Of a stretch of 64,000 nt of DNA, positions 26,552-36,473 are shown piece by piece. Every line of letters begins with the position of its first letter. Position 1 is the first letter of the stretch. The stretch is from an uncultured Gammaproteobacteria bacterium (GTDB lineage Bacteria; Patescibacteriota; Microgenomatia; Levybacterales; UBA12049). The stretch spans positions 7,782 through 71,781 of the forward strand of contig CAZWXQ010000002.1 of the NCBI GenBank assembly GCA_964637955.1. The letters run 5' to 3'. Below the pieces are notes generated by a model that ran no database searches, was not told where the DNA came from, and saw only the letters and a program-made list of their open reading frames with translations. A program made the translations under genes and the position numbers.

Positions 26552-27478
26552 TTAGCCTACAGCTTGATTTGTATTGCCTGAGGCGTAAGTAAGGGTTTCA
26601 CTTCTCATTTGAAATTCTGCAGATCCAGGGAGAATTAAGGGCTTTTTTACGACTGCTCCATAACTAGGTCCTTCATCTTCAAATCTATCAGCTACTTGAT
26701 CGAGAGTTAAATCGCTTGTATCAATCCACCAATCAAATACTAAAAGACCGTTTGGTCTAACAGATGTTCTACTGAACGGATTTCTTCCAACTTTTATGTA
26801 ATCTCTGTGTTGTTTTAGTCGAGACCAATCTAAAACGTCTTTTTCTTGTCTATTTCTTACTGAGTCTGCAACTGCGCCTCTATTAGGCTCTTTAAAAAGT
26901 ATAATTTCTCCTTCTCTGAGTCCTTCGCCATTATTCAATCTTTCTTGTTGATTTTGCCACTCTGAAAGTGCTGCTTGGTAAGCTCTTTCGTATCTTACTT
27001 CTGCCTCGGCCCAGAGAAGAAGTGAGATTGCTGGAATTCTGGTTGGTTCACGCATTTCAGAGCTTTGTCTTCGTCTTCTTCGTGCATGAATCTGTTGATC
27101 AATCACATCTCTTGCCTCTGCGAGTATGTGGGCTGCAAGTCTTGTTTCATAAAGCATGGTTTCGTCAACTGTTAATCCTTGTACTTTAACGAGTTGATCT
27201 GCATCAAAATTTTTTTGCTTAAATAATTTATTCCTTAAGCTACTTGATTCAGAGCCTCCGCCTCTTCTCATGAACTCTTCTTTTCCATTGTACACAGTCC
27301 ATCCGTGTCGCTCATGTAGAGCTTCCACTAATAATCCTTTTCCAGCCCAGGATGGACCAGAAATCATGACTGTTTTTGCCAAGCTAAGTCTATCTCGTTC
27401 AGGATTTGTCGCTAATTCTGCTTCTGATTGAGAGACTGATGTAATATCTCTTGATGCATCGTGTTCGATAGCGGTCAT
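26552..27478 (-). CDS. hypothetical P-loop protein, Arg-rich, GC-richer than surroundings
   Basis: ISGPSWAGKG Walker-A-like motif; HARRRRRQ; composition differs by eye. Confidence 0.35.
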   Translation of the reverse strand: MTAIEHDASRDITSVSQSEAELATNPERDRLSLAKTVMISGPSWAGKGLLVEALHERHGWTVYNGKEEFMRRGGGSESSSLRNKLFKQKNFDADQLVKVQGLTVDETMLYETRLAAHILAEARDVIDQQIHARRRRRQSSEMREPTRIPAISLLLWAEAEVRYERAYQAALSEWQNQQERLNNGEGLREGEIILFKEPNRGAVADSVRNRQEKDVLDWSRLKQHRDYIKVGRNPFSRTSVRPNGLLVFDWWIDTSDLTLDQVADRFEDEGPSYGAVVKKPLILPGSAEFQMRSETLTYASGNTNQAVG

Positions 27479-27614
27479 ATTAACCGTATATTATAGGACT
27501 TTTAGCCTCGAATAACAAGTTTCATTTGTAAGAAATTTGTATGAGTAAGTTTAGGCTGTTATAAATGCATTTTTCTCTAGTTGAAAAGTAATTTTAAAGA
27601 TTGTAATATAAATT

Positions 27615-28829
27615 ATGGAGCCTAAGAAAAACCTCTTTGTAAAAAGCTTAACCTTCGATGATATTCTACTTTTACCCGGATTTGCTGGATTTGATAGATC
27701 AGAAATTAATCTAGAAACCAATCTCACAAAAAAAATTAAACTAAAAATTCCATTGATTTCATCTCCAATGGATACAGTAACCGAATCGGATTTGGCGATT
27801 GCTTTAGGAGAGGTTGGAGGAATTGGAATTATTCATAGAAATCTTACGATTGAGGCTCAAGCTAATGAAGTAAAAAAAGTTCTTAAGAAGAATTTTCAAG
27901 TTGGTGCTGCAGTTGGTGCAGGTAAAGGTTTTGAAGAGCGCGTAAGCGCTCTTTTTCATGCTGGAGTTAGCGTAATTGTTTTAGATAGCGCACATGGGTG
28001 GAGTATTCAAATTCTAAATGCACTTAAGTTTATAAAAAAGAAATATCCGAAAATGCAAGTCATAGCTGGAAATGTTGCCACATATGACGGTGCAAAGGCA
28101 TTGATTGATGCTGGGGTAGATTCTCTTCGGGTAGGTATGGGACCTGGGGCCATTTGTACTACCAGAATCGTATCTGGAATGGGTGTTCCTCAAGTATCTG
28201 CAATCCTTGAAACTGTGAGAGCAGGGAAAAAATATGGAGTCCCAGTCATCGCAGATGGAGGCATAAAATACTCGGGAGACATGGTTAAGGCGCTCGCGCT
28301 AGGTGCATCGAGCTGCATGATGGGAAGCTTTTTCGCAAGCGCACGAGAAGCCCCGGGAGAAGTAATAAGGTTGAGGCGTGCATTCGTGCCTCATCGTTTT
28401 CAGAGCATCTTAGGTAGTAAAAAGCATCTCATAGATGATGGAAAAGCTAAAAAACAGTCTCAAATAATTGTAGCTCCGGATTCAGAAGAAGATGTTTTTG
28501 AATTTAAACAATATCGAGGTATGGGTTCAGTTGGTGCGATGGAAAAAGGAGCAGGAATTAAATCAGAAGGAGAGTTTCATGGGAAGAGTTATAAAGATAA
28601 GGTTTTAATAGCAGAAGGAGTGGAAGGTTTGGTACCAATTAAAGGAAGCGTAAAAGAGATTGCTGACCAGGCTATAGGTGGAATTAAATCAGGCATGTAT
28701 TATATTGGAGCGAAAAATCTGAAAGAGCTTTCGAAAGTGGCCAAATTTACGCAGATAACCCAAGCTTCTCTTCAGGAATCGCATCCACATGATGTTCTCA
28801 TAACAAATACAGGGGAAAACTATCACTAG
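27615..28829 (+). CDS. guaB: IMP dehydrogenase (short form lacking CBS subdomain)
   Basis: Active-site loop [27 protein letters not shown]; 404 aa. Confidence 0.85.
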   Translation: MEPKKNLFVKSLTFDDILLLPGFAGFDRSEINLETNLTKKIKLKIPLISSPMDTVTESDLAIALGEVGGIGIIHRNLTIEAQANEVKKVLKKNFQVGAAVGAGKGFEERVSALFHAGVSVIVLDSAHGWSIQILNALKFIKKKYPKMQVIAGNVATYDGAKALIDAGVDSLRVGMGPGAICTTRIVSGMGVPQVSAILETVRAGKKYGVPVIADGGIKYSGDMVKALALGASSCMMGSFFASAREAPGEVIRLRRAFVPHRFQSILGSKKHLIDDGKAKKQSQIIVAPDSEEDVFEFKQYRGMGSVGAMEKGAGIKSEGEFHGKSYKDKVLIAEGVEGLVPIKGSVKEIADQAIGGIKSGMYYIGAKNLKELSKVAKFTQITQASLQESHPHDVLITNTGENYH

Positions 28830-28950
28830 ATGCCATTTATCAAATATGATTTATTATTTACCATTTAAATTTTCAATTTGAAATTTGAAATTTTAATCAA
28901 ATCTAAATGTTTAAACTTTTAAAATTAACTTATTGAAAATTTAATGTTAA

Positions 28951-28997
28951 CGTTAAAGCGGGATCCCGACTGAAAACTATCAGTGGGGAAAATTAAG
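28951..28997 (+). repeat. double-hairpin repeat element copy 2
   Basis: AGCGGGATCCCGACTGAAAACTATCAGTGGGGAAAATTAAG; same family as 18231 and 57936. Confidence 0.55.
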
Positions 28998-29022
28998 AAT
29001 CTTGAAAATTTAAAATTAATTT

Positions 29023-30591
29023 ATGATTTATGTAATTGATTTTGGTGGACAAACTGCACATCTTATTACGAGAAGATTGAAAGACTTGGGAGTAGAATCT
29101 CAGCTCATAGATCCAGATCACGCAATTGAAATTTGTTTAAATGAAAAGCCCTTCGGCTCCGCTCAGGACTCACCTTCGGGATCGCCTGCTGGAATTATTT
29201 TTTCAGGTGGGCCTGCATCTGTTTATGAGAGTGACGCACCCACGATTGATAAAAAGATTTTTAATTTAGATATTCCAAGTTTAGATATTTGTTATGGGCT
29301 TCAGCTAAGATCACATCTTTTGGGTGGCAAGGTAGAATCTGGACAAAAGGAATATGGACCAGTTCGTATTGAATTAAGAAGCAAGAATTATGAATCAAGA
29401 ATTACGAAAGGGTTGCCAAAAGAGTTTACTGTTTGGATGAGTCACGGAGATAGTGTTTTATCCATGCCAGAAGAATTTGAAATTCTTGGTTCAAGTGATA
29501 GCGTCAAATATGCGTTTGTAGCAGATGAAAAAAATAAAAGATATGGATTACAGTTTCATCCGGAAGTTGAGCACACGGAGTTTGGGAATGAAATCTTAAC
29601 TAATTTTATAGAAATTTGTGGAATAAAAAAGAAACAACTTGTGATAAATCCTGAAGAAATTATTGAGAATATCAAGAAAAGCGTAGGGGATTCACATGTA
29701 ATTGGAGCTGTATCTGGTGGAGTGGATTCGACTGTTGCCGGAACACTCGTAGCAAAAGCGATAGGGAATAGATTCACTCCAATTTTCGTAGATAACGGTT
29801 TAATGAGAGAGGATGCAGAAGGAACTGTTGAGAAGGTATTTAAAGAGCATGGAGTCAGGCCAATAATTGTGCGAGTAGAAGATGAAATGCTGGAAAAGTT
29901 AAAGGGAGTCACAGACTCAGAGAAAAAGAGAAAAATTATTGGAGCATTTTATATTGAAATATTTGAAAGAGAATTAGCAAAGCTTGTAGGAAGCGATAGT
30001 CAAATAAAATTTTTACTTCAAGGAACAATTTATTCTGATGTTATTGAGTCAAAAGGAAGTAAGCATGCACATAATATTAAATCTCATCATAATGTAGGTG
30101 GACTTCCAGATGAAATGAAGCTAGAGCTACTTGAGCCACTCCGAGAGCTTTATAAAGATGAAGTCCGGGAATTGGGTAGGAAGCTGGGTTTGGAAGAGGA
30201 AATAATTATGAAGCAGCCATTCCCTGGCCCTGGATTTGGAATAAGAATTAGGGGGGAGGTTACACGAGATCGTTTAGCCCAAGAAAAACAGGCTGATAAA
30301 ATTGTTTTAGAAGAGCTTGGAAAAGCTAATTGGCTTTCTAAAGTTTTTATTTCATTTCCCGTGATGACAGATGCATACTCAACAGCAGTAAAAGGGGATG
30401 GGAGATCATTTAGCGAAGTTATAGCCTTAAGAATAATTGAATCGAAGGATATTATGTCAACGACTTGGTCCAAGCTTCCGTATGATTTACTTCAAAAAAT
30501 TTCATCCAGATTAGTCAATGAAGTTCCAAATGTTAGCCGCGTAGTATATGATATTACTTCAAAGCCTCCAGCCACAATGGAGTGGGAGTGA
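29023..30591 (+). CDS. guaA: GMP synthase (glutamine-hydrolysing)
   Basis: N-terminal GATase (ICYGLQ, QFHPEV) and ATP-PPase SGGVDSTV; full length 522 aa. Confidence 0.9.
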   Translation: MIYVIDFGGQTAHLITRRLKDLGVESQLIDPDHAIEICLNEKPFGSAQDSPSGSPAGIIFSGGPASVYESDAPTIDKKIFNLDIPSLDICYGLQLRSHLLGGKVESGQKEYGPVRIELRSKNYESRITKGLPKEFTVWMSHGDSVLSMPEEFEILGSSDSVKYAFVADEKNKRYGLQFHPEVEHTEFGNEILTNFIEICGIKKKQLVINPEEIIENIKKSVGDSHVIGAVSGGVDSTVAGTLVAKAIGNRFTPIFVDNGLMREDAEGTVEKVFKEHGVRPIIVRVEDEMLEKLKGVTDSEKKRKIIGAFYIEIFERELAKLVGSDSQIKFLLQGTIYSDVIESKGSKHAHNIKSHHNVGGLPDEMKLELLEPLRELYKDEVRELGRKLGLEEEIIMKQPFPGPGFGIRIRGEVTRDRLAQEKQADKIVLEELGKANWLSKVFISFPVMTDAYSTAVKGDGRSFSEVIALRIIESKDIMSTTWSKLPYDLLQKISSRLVNEVPNVSRVVYDITSKPPATMEWE

Positions 30592-30723
30592 AACAAATTT
30601 TCAATTTTAAATTCACAATTTTCAATGAAAGAATCAATTTATAAATTTTAAACATTTAGAATTGAAATAAAATTTCAAAGTTCAAATTTAAAATTAGTCT
30701 TTTTACAAGTTGTAATGAAAAAA

Positions 30724-30978
30724 TTATTTCTTATATTTAAGTTTTAGGAAGAGAATTATTCCGCTAAGAATTAGTTGGATAAAGTTTGTCGCAATTAGAG
30801 GTCCACTTTTTATAAAGTATCCATAGACGAGCCAAAGAATACTGTTAATAAAGTTTAATATTGATGTTGTTTCAGAAACATCACGAAGTTTTTTAGTTTT
30901 TATAGCATCATATGCTTGAGGGAATAAGACAACTGCATTAACAATCGAGCCAGCCCAACCAATAATTTCAGGATTCAT
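30724..30978 (-). CDS. SemiSWEET/PQ-loop family small membrane transporter
   Basis: 84 aa, three TM helices, FPQAYDAIKTKK PQ-loop motif. Confidence 0.55.
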   Translation of the reverse strand: MNPEIIGWAGSIVNAVVLFPQAYDAIKTKKLRDVSETTSILNFINSILWLVYGYFIKSGPLIATNFIQLILSGIILFLKLKYKK

Positions 30979-31059
30979 ATAACCAGCTTTTCAGATAAAA
31001 TGCTTGTTGTCAATTTGCCCGTTGCAAAGGCCCAAACCATTTACTATACTCGGTAAGAA

Positions 31060-32382
31060 TTGATGTTAAATTTAAAGAAAACTGACCCTCAAATTTTTAA
31101 ACTAGTTAAAGCGGAAGAAGATCGCCAGCGAACTGTCCTCGAAATGATCCCCTCAGAAAATTATACCTCCCAAGCAGTCCTTGAAACACTTGGTACAGTT
31201 CTTAATAACAAGTATTCTGAAGGTTATCCAGGCCGTCGTTATTATCAGGGAAACGCAGTTGCAGATGGCGTTGAGACAATGGCTATTGACCGGGCTAAGA
31301 AATTATTTGGCGTACCGTTTGTAAATGTTCAGGCTCTTTCCGGAGCTCCAGCTAACTCCGCAGCAGAAATGGCAGTATTAAAACCAGGGGAAACTCTTAT
31401 GGGTTTAAGTCTTCCATTTGGAGGTCACTTAACTCATGGTGCACCTAAGACTTTTTCGTCTACTTTTTTCCGAGCAGTACAGTACGAACTAGATGAAAAA
31501 GGTGATTTTGATTTTGATGCCATATTGAAGCTTGCGAAAAAAGAAAAACCAAAGCTTATTATTTGTGGATTTACTGCATATCCAAAAATTGTGAATTTTA
31601 AAAAGTTTGCAGAGGTCGCTGATGCAGTAGGGGCATATCTAATGGCAGATATTTCCCACATCGCAGGACTAGTCGCGACAGGAGTCCATCCAAGTCCAGT
31701 AAAGTATGCACACATAGTTACAACCACCACTCATAAAACCCTGCGGGGTCCAAGAGGAGCGATAATTATGGTGACAGATAAGGGTCTTAAAAAGGATCCG
31801 GATCTTGGAAAAAAGATTGACAGTGCGATAATTCCAGGGCTTCAGGGAGGACCACATGATAATCAGACTGCGGCAATTGCGGTAGCGCTTAAAGAGGCGA
31901 GTGCTCCTTCATTTAAAAAATATGCTAATCAAATTGTCTTGAATTCTAAGGCTTTAGCAAAAGAATTGAACAAATTTGGATATGATTTAATTTCAGGAGG
32001 AAGTGAGAATCATTTGATTCTTATCGACCTTCGAAATAAAAATGTAGACGGAGCAACGGCTGCTATTGCTCTTGAAGTAGCAGGGATTGTTTTAAATAAA
32101 AACGGAGTTCCATTTGATGATAGTCCACCACTTTGGCCGGCAGGAATAAGGCTTGGAACACCTGCGATTACGACCCGCGGACTTAAAGAAAAAGACATGA
32201 TAAAAGTTGCCAATTGGATGAATGACGCCATAACAGAAGTCATGGGGAAAAAAGTTCCAACAGATAAAGAAGAGAGATCAGTTTATTGGAAAAAGTTTAA
32301 AGTAGAAGTTTGGAAGAACAAGAAATTGTTAGCGATTGGCGCGGAAGTAAAAGCTTTTACCAAAAAATACCCCATATATTAA
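31060..32382 (+). CDS. glyA: serine hydroxymethyltransferase
   Basis: GGHLTHG, TTTTHKTLRGPRGA (PLP-Lys) signatures. Confidence 0.9.
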   Translation: MMLNLKKTDPQIFKLVKAEEDRQRTVLEMIPSENYTSQAVLETLGTVLNNKYSEGYPGRRYYQGNAVADGVETMAIDRAKKLFGVPFVNVQALSGAPANSAAEMAVLKPGETLMGLSLPFGGHLTHGAPKTFSSTFFRAVQYELDEKGDFDFDAILKLAKKEKPKLIICGFTAYPKIVNFKKFAEVADAVGAYLMADISHIAGLVATGVHPSPVKYAHIVTTTTHKTLRGPRGAIIMVTDKGLKKDPDLGKKIDSAIIPGLQGGPHDNQTAAIAVALKEASAPSFKKYANQIVLNSKALAKELNKFGYDLISGGSENHLILIDLRNKNVDGATAAIALEVAGIVLNKNGVPFDDSPPLWPAGIRLGTPAITTRGLKEKDMIKVANWMNDAITEVMGKKVPTDKEERSVYWKKFKVEVWKNKKLLAIGAEVKAFTKKYPIY

Positions 32383-33399
32383 TTGTTGCAATTAATATTT
32401 CAAAATGATATTTTGCCACTTATGGGTATCTCAGAACAAAGTAGAGGATCAGTTAAAGACTGGAGAAGAATTGATGGAGTTGGAGAGCCAACATCTGTTC
32501 CAAGAGGCTTAGTTGAAACTTCTCATAGAGCCCTTGGATACGCTGTCCAAAGACAACTTCAAGCTCAAAAAGACGGAGAATTTGAAGGTTTTTCTAAAGC
32601 CCCCTTAAGATATTTTGCAGGACATCCACTATATACTGAAATTTTTGCAGATGCGAAATCAGTACTACTTTCTAATGAAAATATAACAGGAATACCAGAT
32701 GGAGAATTTAGTGAAGAGGAATTTAGAGAGAGTCTTAGAGCAAGGATCGTAGAGGCTTTGGGTTATGGTATTCTTTCTTCCCGTCAGAGATCAGGAGAAA
32801 AAGCAGTTATTTCGCCAGATGAAACTCTTCAGTTTTATAAAAGCTTAAATCCTAGATATGGATATAAAAGAATTTATTTGCAAACTACTCTTGATGGTAT
32901 TTCCGTTCCAGACGGAATCACGATTGATCCCAAAGCAGGAAAAGTTAAAGATATTTTGGATTACACAATTAATTTAGCAGGTAAGTCAAGGTCACAAATA
33001 GATATTGAAATTGGTAATATTGGTAGAATGAATAATAAATATTTTGAAGGAACAAAATTTAAATTGGTTGCGCCACTGCAAAAAAGATCCCAAGAAACAA
33101 ATGGAAAATTGAAAGGAATCACTATAACCGATCTTCCTTTTTCAGTCCAGGATGTTTTTGATTTGGAATCTAAAATGTATGGTGAATTATTAGATAATCT
33201 TGGATTTGTGGCAACGCCGGAAGATATAGCTGCCCAGATTCACAGGCAGGAAGTTGCGTTGAGAATGCTTGTAAAAGCGCATCAAAGCAACAGGGGATAT
33301 GTTTTAGATCCAACATGGGCAGAGTATGGAGTGAAGAGGCAGATGCAGGGTGCGGAAGTGCAATTACCTGAAGGTATTGAAGTTTTGCTTCGAGGCTGA
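32383..33399 (+). CDS. hypothetical protein
   Basis: ORF track only; start may be Met at MGISEQ. Confidence 0.35.
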   Translation: MLQLIFQNDILPLMGISEQSRGSVKDWRRIDGVGEPTSVPRGLVETSHRALGYAVQRQLQAQKDGEFEGFSKAPLRYFAGHPLYTEIFADAKSVLLSNENITGIPDGEFSEEEFRESLRARIVEALGYGILSSRQRSGEKAVISPDETLQFYKSLNPRYGYKRIYLQTTLDGISVPDGITIDPKAGKVKDILDYTINLAGKSRSQIDIEIGNIGRMNNKYFEGTKFKLVAPLQKRSQETNGKLKGITITDLPFSVQDVFDLESKMYGELLDNLGFVATPEDIAAQIHRQEVALRMLVKAHQSNRGYVLDPTWAEYGVKRQMQGAEVQLPEGIEVLLRG

Positions 33400-33490
33400 T
33401 ATAATACCAATCATCACTCACATTAGGACATGTGTTTCTGAGATTTTTTTAATCCTCGTCCTGATGGCGGTATAAGAAACACAAAATTTT

Positions 33491-34372
33491 ATGAAAAATA
33501 TTACCCTTGAAGAATTATTGGAAGCTGGATGTCATTTTGGACATCAAGTTTCTCGTAGTAATCCAAAATCTAGAGATTTCGTTTTTGAAGCTCGTGATGG
33601 AATTCATATTATCGATCTCGCAAAAACTAAAGAAGGACTTGAAGAAGCTGGAAAGTTCATTAAGTCAGTTGCACAAAACCCATCCACAAACATCGTTATC
33701 GTAGGAACTAAAAGACAAACTCAAGAAGTATTAAAAAAAGAATTAGAGAGAGTTACGAAAGAAATCTCTGGTGAAAATGGAATTTTCTATGTTACTAATA
33801 AATGGATAGGTGGACTTCTAACCAACTTCTCAGAAGTGTCAAAAAACTTTAAAAAACTCAGTGACCTTATTCATAACCTAAACACACCAAGCGCGCAAGA
33901 AGGATATACCAAAAAAGAAATCGGCGGATGGAGCAAGGAAAGAGATAAGCTCGAATCATTTTATGGTGGAGTTTATAAGCTTAATAAAGTTCCTGATGTT
34001 TTATTTATTATCGATTCACATCTTGAGCATTTGGCTGTAGACGAAGCAAATAAAATGAAAGTTCCAACTGTAGCAATTACTGATACTAACTCTGACCCAG
34101 CACTCGTAACATATCCAATTCCAGCAAATGATGATGCTGTGGGGAGTTTGGAACTTATTATTGGTTATATTCTTGATGCTTGGAAAGAGGGAAGAAATTC
34201 TGTAAAAATAGAAAAGCCTAAAGAAGAAAAAAAGCCAGAAGTTAATAAAGTTAAAGCCGGCGCATCAGCTCAAGAAGAGTTAGCGCAAGCACTTAAAGAA
34301 GAAAAGAAGAAGCAAGAACCAGGAATCAAGAATAAAGAAGAGGTTGAGAAGAAAATAGGAAAGAAGGATTAA
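33491..34372 (+). CDS. rpsB: 30S ribosomal protein S2 with Lys/Glu-rich C-terminal extension
   Basis: LEAGCHFGHQ, IHIIDL signatures of S2. Confidence 0.9.
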   Translation: MKNITLEELLEAGCHFGHQVSRSNPKSRDFVFEARDGIHIIDLAKTKEGLEEAGKFIKSVAQNPSTNIVIVGTKRQTQEVLKKELERVTKEISGENGIFYVTNKWIGGLLTNFSEVSKNFKKLSDLIHNLNTPSAQEGYTKKEIGGWSKERDKLESFYGGVYKLNKVPDVLFIIDSHLEHLAVDEANKMKVPTVAITDTNSDPALVTYPIPANDDAVGSLELIIGYILDAWKEGRNSVKIEKPKEEKKPEVNKVKAGASAQEELAQALKEEKKKQEPGIKNKEEVEKKIGKKD

Positions 34373-34475
34373 TTTTCAATTTTAAATTAGAAATTTTTAA
34401 TCAAATCTAAATTTTTAACTATCTAATATTTAAAATTCATTGAAAATTAAAAACTAAAAATTTTAAAATAATATT

Positions 34476-34928
34476 ATGGCAATTGATGTAAATTTAATAA
34501 AACAACTTAGAGAGGAAACCCAAGCTTCTATCGCAGACTGCAGAAAAGCATTAGAAGAGTCAGAAGGAGATTATAAAAAAGCTCAGGAATGGCTCAGAAA
34601 AAGAGGAGCAGAAATCGCTGAGAAAAAGAAAGAAAGGGAAACCGCAGAGGGTGTAGTAGAATCTTATGTTCATGGAAATGGAAAGATTGGCGTAATCGTT
34701 TCTGTTCTTTGCGAGACAGACTTTGTAGCTAGAACTGATGAATTTAAAAAGCTTGCACATGAAATCGCGATGCAAATCTCAGCCATGAATCCAAAAGATG
34801 TAGATGCTCTACTTGCGCAGGAATATATCAGAGATTCAAAGTTAACAATAAATGATCTTATTAAAGAAGCTATTGGAAAAATTGGAGAAAATATAAAAGT
34901 TCGCGAGTTTTCTCGAATTGAGTTATAA
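34476..34928 (+). CDS. tsf: elongation factor Ts (short 150-aa form)
   Basis: LREETQASIADCRKALEESEGDYKKAQEWLRKRG UBA-like N-terminus and VLCETDFVARTDEF core. Confidence 0.8.
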   Translation: MAIDVNLIKQLREETQASIADCRKALEESEGDYKKAQEWLRKRGAEIAEKKKERETAEGVVESYVHGNGKIGVIVSVLCETDFVARTDEFKKLAHEIAMQISAMNPKDVDALLAQEYIRDSKLTINDLIKEAIGKIGENIKVREFSRIEL

Positions 34929-34975
34929 TTAGTGTATCTTTCTGACTTTGCCAGCAGGATAATAAATTAAAAATT

Positions 34976-35527
34976 ATGAATCCAAACCTCATATCTGAAA
35001 CAAGAGAGCACATGAAAAAAGCTCTAGAAATTTTAGCTTCAGATTTAGCCACCATCCGCACAGGAAAAGCAGCACCGGCACTTGTTGAAAATATTTCAGT
35101 TATGGTTTATGGGGGCACGACTAAGCTTAGGATTATGGAACTAGCAACTGTTTCGGCTGCTGATGCATCAAGTCTGGTTATCACTCCATTTGATGCTTCA
35201 ATCACTGAAGAAATTCGAAAAGGCATAATGGAATCAGGTTCTGGATTAAATCCATCTTCTGACGGGCAAGTAATTCGTATAAATATTCCGCCACTTTCAG
35301 AAGAGCGTCGAAAAGAACTGATTCACATGATGCATCAAAAACTTGAACAAGGGCATGTAATGATAAGGCAGCTTAGGCATGAAGCTATGGATGATCTTAA
35401 AAAAGGAGAGCTCCCAGAAGATGAAAATGACAGACTAGAAAAAGAAATACAGAAAGCTACAGATGATTTTACGCAGGAAATTGACGCCCTCGGAAAGAAA
35501 AAAGAAGAAGAACTAATGCAGATCTAA
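34976..35527 (+). CDS. frr: ribosome recycling factor
   Basis: LATIRTGKAAPALVENISV...ITPFDAS RRF signature. Confidence 0.85.
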   Translation: MNPNLISETREHMKKALEILASDLATIRTGKAAPALVENISVMVYGGTTKLRIMELATVSAADASSLVITPFDASITEEIRKGIMESGSGLNPSSDGQVIRINIPPLSEERRKELIHMMHQKLEQGHVMIRQLRHEAMDDLKKGELPEDENDRLEKEIQKATDDFTQEIDALGKKKEEELMQI

Positions 35528-35599
35528 TCCTATTATAATTCTCCAATAGCTAACCTATAATATTGACAATAATATATCATTCTGTTAATATTCTCCTTT

Positions 35600-36403
35600 A
35601 TGAGTTTCGAACAAGGTCCAAATAATAAATTTACTCAAGCAGCTGATGCATTAAAAGCATCTCAAATAACTGCTGAACATAATAAGAGGTCTGCAGCAGA
35701 GGCTGCTAGGGAACTAGAAAGAACAAGAAAAGACAGAATAATTGCAGAAAGACAGGCTAATATTGATAGGCTTTTGGAGAATGGAGTATTGTCTTTATTT
35801 GTTGAAGCTGCAAAGGGAATTAGAGAAATATATCCTGATGTTCAAGTTCACCTGACTGTTCCTGATGGTGATGAATTCAGCTCCTCGCCATTAAAAGTTC
35901 CCTCAATGGGAGTTGCGCTTTTATTTGATTTTAAAAGAGAGTCGAAAGGAAATGTTTCTTATACTCGTATAGGAGCTACAGACTATGGAAAAGGAGCTGG
36001 TTTTCAGCTAAATTATGGTAGCGAGCTAGCTGTTGCAGGTGAAAGGCCATTTAACTCAACTCGGAAAGTAGTTAAATTAGAACCAATAGTTGAAGTTTCT
36101 TCTTTAATTTATCAAGAGAAGAATTTAGAACCAAAAGCTCTTGTATCAAAACTGCTTCACAAGCCAACAAAGATTCCGCAGGAAAGTGTCCCAATGCCTG
36201 GCTATGATTATTTTGAATATACAGATGAAGGATTAGTTGAGGCTGCAGATGTAGTTGCTGATTTGATTGAAAGTGGTGATGCAAGTAAATTAAGAGCCAC
36301 TTCTTTTTCACCTAGGCATGGTTTAACGGGTATGAAAGATCTTCTTATGCATGATAGTGCAACTAAAGGATTTTATAGTCATATTTCAGTTCCCTTAGAG
36401 TAA
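35600..36403 (+). CDS. hypothetical protein
   Basis: ORF track only. Confidence 0.35.
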   Translation: MSFEQGPNNKFTQAADALKASQITAEHNKRSAAEAARELERTRKDRIIAERQANIDRLLENGVLSLFVEAAKGIREIYPDVQVHLTVPDGDEFSSSPLKVPSMGVALLFDFKRESKGNVSYTRIGATDYGKGAGFQLNYGSELAVAGERPFNSTRKVVKLEPIVEVSSLIYQEKNLEPKALVSKLLHKPTKIPQESVPMPGYDYFEYTDEGLVEAADVVADLIESGDASKLRATSFSPRHGLTGMKDLLMHDSATKGFYSHISVPLE

Positions 36404-36473
36404 TAGCTATTAGCTTCTAATCTTAATATAGTCTTCAATATTTTCCTATCTTCTGTTATACTTTTATATCAGT

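Noticed and set aside
28840-29020. AT-rich short direct repeats considered as a CRISPR array (similarly 18165-18330, 30592-30723, 34373-34475)
   Set aside because: The repeats are 8-11 nt, irregularly spaced and of low complexity, with no repeat-spacer periodicity of 25-40 nt. No cas genes are present.
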